The translations under genes and the position numbers were made by a program. Shown here piece after piece: positions 1 to 6,382 of a stretch of DNA of 64,000 bases (the stretch's first letter is position 1; every line of letters begins with the position of its first letter). The notes beneath the pieces are model-generated. The model was not told the DNA's origin, did no database searches, and was given only the letters and a program-made list of their open reading frames with translations. Source of the DNA: an uncultured Rhodomicrobium sp. (lineage in GTDB: Bacteria > Pseudomonadota > Alphaproteobacteria > Rhizobiales > HXMU1428-3); assembly GCA_964351785.1 (NCBI GenBank), contig CAYGPF010000004.1:36088-100087 (forward strand), in the 5' to 3' direction.

Positions 1-1
1 T

Positions 2-1498
2 GATAATATTATCAGTGGCTATGACAGCAATGGCTTTGACGCCAAGGTGATCTGGGTGCCGAACGGTCTGCTGGCTGTTACATATGAAGTTGATAACTTC
101 CTGGCTGAATCAGCAGCGGCATTTTCCGTGGTGGCCGACGTTGAGCGCCACTCATTGAATATTGCCCTCAGACCAACATCCCGTTCAACTATTGATCTTT
201 ATGGTGCGCGGGAAGTGCGCAAGGAAATTGGCACTGGCTTTAAATATGATGAAGAAAAAGTCGCTGCCACCTATTCATATGATGTCACTGCAACCAGTCA
301 GTTTTATGTGACCGCCCTTTACGAACATACTGAAGAAAATCTGACTCTGAGTGATTATGAGCGGTTTAAGGTTGGTGTTGGTTATCGTATGAAATTCGTT
401 CGGAACCCTGGTGAGGTTGAAGAAAATGTCAATCTTCGCCGGGCCATTTTGCCAGGTGTTCAGATCATTGACACGCGTGTCGGTTATTCAAAACTGTACC
501 TGCCTGAGACCAATATGGTCACTGTGCTGAACCCTGCCTTCACGCAGTCTCTTTATCATGTGGAGAACCATGATGGTGAAGTTGATGGTTTGCGGTTTGA
601 TGTTCGCATTCCCGCATTTGCCGGCAATGTCACCACACCGGAGCTTGACAGGGTGCAACTCGGCAATCGTCTGCTGACATTCAATTTTGGCGGTTATTAC
701 GGTACCTACAGCGACAAGCAATATTCCGGTTGTGCCTCCACTGTTGCCATTCAATGTGCCTTCTTCAATGTTATTGACCCACAACCGCTGAATGAGAACA
801 ACACGGCGCCTAACGGTGTGTTTGCCATTCGTACCGCTAAAGAAGTTGATATCTGGGGCGTGTCTATGGAAACCCAGTTTAATGGCTGGATGGATAAAGG
901 CGGCATGAAAGACGAACCACAACAACGCTTGCACCGTCCATTCCGTCTGGGTCTTGCTCTGAAAGCTATCCAGCAGGATACACGACTTTTCGCTTATGAT
1001 ACGGATGTTCCGGACCCTGTAGATTATAATGAGGATCTTGATACATATTATTATGGTGTCTATCTAGGTCTTGATCACACATTCAATCTTGGCCGTGGTT
1101 TTAATCTTGGTATTAATGCTGAAGGTGGCCTCTATTATGCGGACACCCAATATAAAGGCCGGTACCTCGCTTATGTTGATGATGGCAATGGTATTGGAAA
1201 CTATGTACTTGATCAGGGGCAACTGTCACTTTCCGAGCATGACTTCTCTTTCATTGGTTCTGTCAGGGTTGAACTGAGCAAGCAGATAGGTCACGGCATA
1301 TTTGGGCTTTACGCTGAGGGTGAATACTACTCATTTGCACCTGAGATGCGGTACAATGATAATGACGTGTCGACGGCTGGTATTTTCAGTGTGTTTGATA
1401 TCACCGGACCAAACAATGGCACTTCGGTTGATGATGGGGATGCCTACTCCTACACAATTGGTGGTCGGTTTACACTGCCGCTGCACACACAAGAATAA
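2..1498 (+). CDS. Putative outer-membrane beta-barrel protein, C-terminal part (5' end lies outside the window)
   Basis: The reading frame of ORF 47..1498 stays open to the left window edge (codons from position 2: DNIISGYDSNGFDAKV...). The sequence has alternating aromatic/polar short strands (YSYDVTATSQFYVTALY, FNLGINAEGGLYYAD, YSYTIGGRFTL) typical of OM barrels. A hairpin plus T9 terminator follows. No specific family recognised. Confidence 0.45.
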   Translation, partial: DNIISGYDSNGFDAKVIWVPNGLLAVTYEVDNFLAESAAAFSVVADVERHSLNIALRPTSRSTIDLYGAREVRKEIGTGFKYDEEKVAATYSYDVTATSQFYVTALYEHTEENLTLSDYERFKVGVGYRMKFVRNPGEVEENVNLRRAILPGVQIIDTRVGYSKLYLPETNMVTVLNPAFTQSLYHVENHDGEVDGLRFDVRIPAFAGNVTTPELDRVQLGNRLLTFNFGGYYGTYSDKQYSGCASTVAIQCAFFNVIDPQPLNENNTAPNGVFAIRTAKEVDIWGVSMETQFNGWMDKGGMKDEPQQRLHRPFRLGLALKAIQQDTRLFAYDTDVPDPVDYNEDLDTYYYGVYLGLDHTFNLGRGFNLGINAEGGLYYADTQYKGRYLAYVDDGNGIGNYVLDQGQLSLSEHDFSFIGSVRVELSKQIGHGIFGLYAEGEYYSFAPEMRYNDNDVSTAGIFSVFDITGPNNGTSVDDGDAYSYTIGGRFTLPLHTQE

Positions 1499-1527
1499 TT
1501 CCCTTCCCAGTATGGGTTAGGTTGAGA

Positions 1528-1558
1528 AGGCGCGAGAGGTTCTTGCGCCTTTTTTTTT
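1528..1558 (+). terminator. Rho-independent terminator after the barrel gene
   Basis: AGGCGC-N11-GCGCCT stem followed by a run of T (1551-1558). Confidence 0.75.
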
Positions 1559-1782
1559 ATGCCCTTTTTATATCCTCAGTTGCCGCCTTAATCTCCCGCT
1601 GATCAAACCCTCACCATACCATCTGCTCTTACCGATTAAGGTTAAGCTTTAAGTGTAGAAATGGTTTGGAGAGGTCAAGTCGTTTTTTCATTGATATAGT
1701 CGCGCCGGTTGCATGAGAGGTTCAGTTACCTTTGATGTCTTCCTTTTCTTTCCTAAAAAGTATCTTGTTAAGGAGCTAATTC

Positions 1783-2160
1783 ATGAAAAAAATTATCACA
1801 GTTACAGCGGCTGTTGTTGCAGCCTCTATGGCACTATCAACATCAGCTTTTGCTGGTGGCTCACGTGGTCACTATCAAAGCCCTGCTAAGAAACTAACTT
1901 TCGCTCTCTCAGGCGCGAAAAGTCATGTGCATGTTCGCACTGGTGGCTGCGGTTGCTATGGCGGCATCAAGATGGATTCCGGTTCGTACCAGGACCACAA
2001 AGTTTTTGACAATAAATATGGCCTTGGCGGCTCATCTTCAGCTGGCAACTACCTGAATGCTGGCTGGAAGGGCGGCGCGCATATCCAATATTCTGGTAGT
2101 GCATTTGCCGTTGGCGGCGCAGCAATTATCAGCGGTGGCTCTAAAAAACGCACTCGCTAA
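1783..2160 (+). CDS. Small secreted Gly-rich CxC protein, paralog 1 (125 aa), unknown family
   Basis: SD AAGGAG lies 7 nt upstream of the ATG. Sec-type signal peptide MKKIITVTAAVVAASMALSTSAFAGG. Mature core is shared with the next two genes (LTFALSGAKSHV.VRTGGCGCYG...AGNYLNAGWKGGAHIQYSGSAFAVGGAAIISGG). It has its own terminator. Confidence 0.8.
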   Translation: MKKIITVTAAVVAASMALSTSAFAGGSRGHYQSPAKKLTFALSGAKSHVHVRTGGCGCYGGIKMDSGSYQDHKVFDNKYGLGGSSSAGNYLNAGWKGGAHIQYSGSAFAVGGAAIISGGSKKRTR

Positions 2161-2170
2161 TCAATAAAGG

Positions 2171-2204
2171 AAAAGGCGCTCTTTTTAGACTGCGCCTTTT
2201 CTTC
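2171..2204 (+). terminator. Rho-independent terminator after paralog 1
   Basis: AAAAGGCGC-loop-GCGCCTTTT followed by a T-rich tail. Confidence 0.7.
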
Positions 2205-2371
2205 TGTTGACATGCGATCCTTAACCTTAAACTTTAAAGTTAACAATGGTTTAACAACGCAGCTGCTATTGCCTGTTGCTATAGTTCCTATGGGGGAATT
2301 TTTTGAGCATACAGATACGCTCTAAATGGTTTCTCCCGCCTCTTATTTGTCTTTTGTTAGGGAGCTATTTC

Positions 2372-2764
2372 ATGAATAAACTACTTACATTTACAGCTGC
2401 TGTTGTCGCGGCCTCTATGGCGCTTTCAACCGCAGCATTTGCTGGTGGGTCTGGCGGTAAAAACCGCAACTCTGCCAAGTCACTTACATTCGCCCTTTCT
2501 GGTGCGAAAAGCCATGTGCGCGTGCGCACAGGTGGTTGTGGTTGCTATGGCCAGTTGCATGTTGATGGTGGTTCATACCAACGCCACAATGTTTACAGCA
2601 ACCATTATGGCACTGGTGGGTCTTCTACTGCCGGTAACTATCTACATGCTGGCTGGAAGGGCGGCGCGCATATCCAATATTCCGGTAGTGCGTTTGCCAT
2701 TGGCGGCGCTGCGATCATCAGTGGTGGCTCTAAAAAACGCCCTGGTGGAAATATGGAAAACTAG
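2372..2764 (+). CDS. Small secreted Gly-rich CxC protein, paralog 2 (130 aa)
   Basis: The ORF track starts at 2303, but the internal ATG at 2372 (MNKLLTFTAAVVAASMALSTAAFAGG) is preceded by SD AGGGAG and aligns with the start of paralogs 1 and 3. The 3' 92 nt differ from paralog 1 at about 7 positions by hand alignment. Confidence 0.8.
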   Translation: MNKLLTFTAAVVAASMALSTAAFAGGSGGKNRNSAKSLTFALSGAKSHVRVRTGGCGCYGQLHVDGGSYQRHNVYSNHYGTGGSSTAGNYLHAGWKGGAHIQYSGSAFAIGGAAIISGGSKKRPGGNMEN

Positions 2765-2808
2765 GCAGCTGCCAGTCCTAACTGTTGTATGCCTATTGCT
2801 AAAACATG

Positions 2809-2840
2809 CCACCCCTCAGATCCTTTGAGGGGTGGTTTTT
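2809..2840 (+). terminator. Rho-independent terminator after paralog 2
   Basis: CCACCCCTC-loop-GAGGGGTGG followed by TTTTT. Confidence 0.8.
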
Positions 2841-3010
2841 AATTCCATAATTACACACCCCATCATTTATATTTAAGCATTATCCTTAACATCATTTGTT
2901 TCTTACATGTCTTTTTTGGCCTTGTTATGGTGATTCCGGGGGAGAATACATGGGTTTATTTATGTTTTTATCTCCCTGTCCTTTTTAAGTATTTCGTTAG
3001 GGAGAATTAT

Positions 3011-3451
3011 ATGAAAAGACTACTTACTGTTACTGCTGTTGTCGCGGCTTCTTTGGCCCTCTCAACAGCATCTTTTGCCGGTGGTTCTGGCGGAAAAAAT
3101 CACAACTCAGCTAAATCTCTGACTTTTGCTCTCTCCGGTGCGCATAGCCGGGTGCGTGTGAATACTGGTGGCGGCATGCCTCCTGCGCCTCCTGTTCGCC
3201 GCAAGAAAAGAAAGACATCCTGCGGTGGTTGTGGCGGCTATATCAGCGTTGATGCCGGCTCTTACCAGAACCATCATGTTTACAGCAACCATCATGGCAC
3301 TGGCGGTTCTTCCAACGCCGGCAATTACCTGAATGCCAGATGGAGTGGCGGCGCTAAAATCGAATATTCAGGTAGCGCATTCGCCATTGGCGGTGCAGCC
3401 ATAATCAGTGGTGGTAAATCACGTGGTAACGGTGCTGCCAACCCTCAATAA
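3011..3451 (+). CDS. Small secreted Gly-rich protein, paralog 3 (146 aa), with a Pro/basic insertion
   Basis: The ATG at 3011 (MKRLLTVTAVVAASLALSTASFAGG) is preceded by SD AGGGAGA. Same core as paralogs 1 and 2, plus the insertion GMPPAPPVRRKKRKTS (3173-3220) just before the Cys pair (CGGCGG). Confidence 0.8.
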   Translation: MKRLLTVTAVVAASLALSTASFAGGSGGKNHNSAKSLTFALSGAHSRVRVNTGGGMPPAPPVRRKKRKTSCGGCGGYISVDAGSYQNHHVYSNHHGTGGSSNAGNYLNARWSGGAKIEYSGSAFAIGGAAIISGGKSRGNGAANPQ

Positions 3452-3500
3452 CAGTCTGGTCATTTTCAAGTCCTGACTTATAAAACGACTATTTTCCTTG

Positions 3501-3532
3501 CCACCCCCCGGTTCACCGAGGGGTGGTTTTTT
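3501..3532 (+). terminator. Rho-independent terminator after paralog 3
   Basis: CCACCCC-loop-GGGGTGG followed by TTTTTT. Confidence 0.8.
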
Positions 3533-3669
3533 ATGATCCCCTCATCCGGCTGCCAATTAAGATTAACGGTTTACCAACATATGTCTTCAGTGCCAAGCAG
3601 CCCGCCCGGTGGCACGGCAATTGGACCTTTTCAGTTTGATTACGCGTTAAACAGGAAAAGGAAACGATT

Positions 3670-4248
3670 ATGTTCCAATTTAAAACGTTAGCGGCCCTGT
3701 CAGTTGTTTCAGCTGTTCTACTTTCATCCATGGGCATGGCCCAGGCTGGTGGTTTCGGTAAGAAAAAATATCGTGGCAGTGCTTCCGTTGCAAAAGCTTA
3801 TTCCAACAGCTATGCAAATCTACACTCTCAATTCGGCACGTTGAAAGTTAACAACTATGCCAACATCAAGACCAAAAACTACAAAGGCAAATTCATTACT
3901 GCTGAAGCCAATGCAGGTAACAATATATTCCTCATTGTAAATGGCAAAAAATGTTCCGGCAAATGTGGTGCGGGTACAAATGTGAATTCATGGTCAGGTG
4001 CCAAATCAAAAATCTACGCCAAAGGCAAAAAGGTATTTGGAAAGGCGCAAGCTGTTAATTACGTCAAGCTATATTCCAAAGGCAATTTGATGTTTGATTA
4101 TGAGAGTGACTCTTATGCGATCAGCAATTTCACACCACTTGGTGTTTATGTTGATGCTGGCACTTTCCAAAAACTGAACCTTGCTGCGAAAGGTTTTGTC
4201 CGTCTTGAAAGCGGTAATCTTGCGCACACAAGCGTTACGATTAAATAA
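3670..4248 (+). CDS. Secreted Lys/Asn/Ala/Tyr-rich protein (192 aa), unknown family
   Basis: Signal peptide MFQFKTLAALSVVSAVLLSSMGMAQAGG. The mature part has low hydrophobicity and is repetitive in character (AKAYSNSYANL, NNYANIKTKNY, AEANAGNN), with a Cys pair CSGKC. It is on the same strand as the paralogs, directly after them, and a shortened copy of their upstream motif precedes it. Confidence 0.7.
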   Translation: MFQFKTLAALSVVSAVLLSSMGMAQAGGFGKKKYRGSASVAKAYSNSYANLHSQFGTLKVNNYANIKTKNYKGKFITAEANAGNNIFLIVNGKKCSGKCGAGTNVNSWSGAKSKIYAKGKKVFGKAQAVNYVKLYSKGNLMFDYESDSYAISNFTPLGVYVDAGTFQKLNLAAKGFVRLESGNLAHTSVTIK

Positions 4249-4283
4249 CAATCCAATAAAACACTCCCCCTCCTCACACTTTT

Positions 4284-4327
4284 CTATCCCCTTTGGTTGG
4301 CTTCATAGACCGGGGGGATAGATTTTT
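4284..4327 (+). terminator. Probable terminator after the 192-aa gene
   Basis: CTATCCCC...GGGGATAG stem with a long loop, followed by ATTTTT. Confidence 0.5.
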
Positions 4328-4431
4328 CTTTTAAAATCTCTCAAAAAAGACGGACTTGCCCCTTGCGCCGACCCAGCTTGGCGACTAGATTGCCGGGTCT
4401 GATTTCGATGTTTAGGGATAGAGTGAAATAT

Positions 4432-4686
4432 ATGGATTTTGAGGGTAGTTCGAAAGAGCATTTGAAGCGATTTGTTGAACGTATTGAAAGGCTTGAGGAA
4501 GAAAAGAAGGCTCTTGCTGATGACATCCGTGAGGTTTTTGCAGAGGCCAAAACAATGGGTTTTGACTTAAAGGCGCTGCGGACGATCATCCGTATTCGCA
4601 AACAGGAACCTCATATCAGGCAAGAGGAAGAAGCTGTATTGGAGACTTATCTCGCAGCTCTTGGCATGCTGCCTGAAAGCGAATGA
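4432..4686 (+). CDS. gapR: GapR / DUF2312 (UPF0335) nucleoid-associated protein
   Basis: [58 protein letters not shown]... closely matches the alphaproteobacterial GapR pattern (..[28 protein letters not shown]). The ATG at 4432 is chosen over the longer track ORF. Confidence 0.9.
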   Translation: MDFEGSSKEHLKRFVERIERLEEEKKALADDIREVFAEAKTMGFDLKALRTIIRIRKQEPHIRQEEEAVLETYLAALGMLPESE

Positions 4687-4693
4687 AAGTCTG

Positions 4694-6064
4694 ATGGCGC
4701 GGTCACCTCACCGCCGTGATGACAAGGCTTCCGGCCTTATCACAAGGCAGATCGTTACCACGTGGCTTACTCAGATCATCTCTCAAAAACGGTCACTTGA
4801 TGATGTGCTGCTTGAGGCGGAGGGGCTTGCCGCCTGGCGCGCACTTGAGGCAAGGGACAAAGGCTTTGCCCGCACCATGATCATGGCAGTGCTCAGGCAC
4901 AAGGGAGAGATTGACTGGCTGCTCGCCAAATATCTCCAGAAACCCCCGCCCAGACGCAGCCAGGTGCATGAGATCCTGAGCATTGCCGCTGCGCAAATTC
5001 TGTTCTTGGATGTTGCCGCTTATGCTGCGATTGACCTTGCTGTCAGGCAGGCTAAATCTTCTGACCGGTCCCGGCATCTTGCCAAACTGGTGAACGCCGT
5101 ATTGCGCCGGTTAAGTGAAACCGGGCCAGCGGTTTTGAAAGAGGAGGATGCCTCCCTTTCCCTCAATATTCCCACTTCCCTGATGGACCGCTGGGTCAAG
5201 GCTTATGGTCTTGATACGGCACGTCTGATTGGGGCTGCATCATTAGAGCCAGCCGCACTTGACCTTGCGGCCAGCGGTGATGCCATAACCCTTGCCAGCA
5301 TGGTAGGGGGCGTGCCGCTTGCGCCTGGCAATGGCGTCCGGCTTTTGCACAAGGGCGCGGTGCCGGATCTTGCCGGGTTTGCGGAAGGGGCCTGGTGGGT
5401 GCAGGATTTTGCCGCGCAACTGCCAACGCTGCTCTTTGGCGATCTGACTAACAAATCTGTGCTTGATCTTTGTGCAGCGCCTGGTGGCAAGACAGCGTCT
5501 CTTATCCGGGCCGGTGCAAAGGTTATGGCGCTTGATAGTTCGCCCAAACGTCTGGAGCGGGTTCGGGCAAACCTAGTGCGGCTGAATTACAAGGCTGAGG
5601 TTGTGGAGGCGGACCTTTTTAAATACCAACCTGATGATCTCTATGATGCGGTGTTGCTGGATGCGCCCTGTTCCTCAACAGGGACAGTTCGGCGGCATCC
5701 TGATATTCTGCATCTCAAAACTGTTGGGCAGATTAAAGAGCTGGCGGCCCTGCAGGCCCGCATGCTTGAGCAAGCCACCGGGTTTTTAAAGCCTGGCGGG
5801 CTGCTTATTTATTGTACCTGTTCGCTGGAGGCGGAGGAAGGCGAGCTGCAGATTGAGCAGTTTCTTGAGGGAAGGGATGATGTGAAGCGGGTGCCGATAG
5901 AGCCTTTGGAAATTGAGCTGCCACCGGGCTGGATAACAGACGCCGGGGATGTTCGCTTGTTGCCGCATTATTCACCCCGTTCTGAGCCGCCGCTTGAAGC
6001 GCCCCTTCAGGGGATGGACGGGTTTTTCATCTCGCGCCTTAGGCTGCAGCCTTCTGCTACATGA
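4694..6064 (+). CDS. rsmB: 16S rRNA (cytosine-C5)-methyltransferase, NOL1/NOP2/Sun family
   Basis: N-terminal NusB-like region, then a SAM-MTase with DLCAAPGGKT and DAPCSSTGTVRRHPD motifs. The start (4661 or 4694) is uncertain. Confidence 0.88.
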   Translation: MARSPHRRDDKASGLITRQIVTTWLTQIISQKRSLDDVLLEAEGLAAWRALEARDKGFARTMIMAVLRHKGEIDWLLAKYLQKPPPRRSQVHEILSIAAAQILFLDVAAYAAIDLAVRQAKSSDRSRHLAKLVNAVLRRLSETGPAVLKEEDASLSLNIPTSLMDRWVKAYGLDTARLIGAASLEPAALDLAASGDAITLASMVGGVPLAPGNGVRLLHKGAVPDLAGFAEGAWWVQDFAAQLPTLLFGDLTNKSVLDLCAAPGGKTASLIRAGAKVMALDSSPKRLERVRANLVRLNYKAEVVEADLFKYQPDDLYDAVLLDAPCSSTGTVRRHPDILHLKTVGQIKELAALQARMLEQATGFLKPGGLLIYCTCSLEAEEGELQIEQFLEGRDDVKRVPIEPLEIELPPGWITDAGDVRLLPHYSPRSEPPLEAPLQGMDGFFISRLRLQPSAT

Positions 6065-6382
6065 AGTCTTATTTACGGGGACTGACTTTTGTGTTTCATT
6101 CCCGGTGAGGGGTGAAATTGAGAGCAGATGCCAGAAAAGGCCCCCAAAAAGGTCTGTGAATAAACTGTATTGCGCCGTAAAAACCCCAAGATGGCCGGGA
6201 AAACTGTTCCATAATCAACAAGGCTCGCAGAAAAGGCGCGGGTTTGCTGGATTTATGTGGGAGACCAGAGACCTTTAAAGGCCTCACTGGTTCGCAAATC
6301 AAACAGGATTGGCAGAGTGCCCCATGCTCAGTATGATGCGCGTGAACTGGTGCTTCCTGAAAGAGAGAAATTAAACATCAAG

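Noticed and set aside
1634-2255. Reading the TTAA-rich upstream motif of the small secreted-protein genes as CtrA boxes.
   Set aside because: The TTAA spacings are N2, N3 and N9, not the N7 required for the CtrA consensus. I kept it as an unassigned motif instead.
2403-2828. 141-aa alternative-frame ORF overlapping paralog 2, and the 2303 start of the track ORF.
   Set aside because: The paralog frame is supported by three-way protein conservation and signal peptides. The upstream extension from 2303 lacks an SD and breaks the alignment with paralogs 1 and 3.
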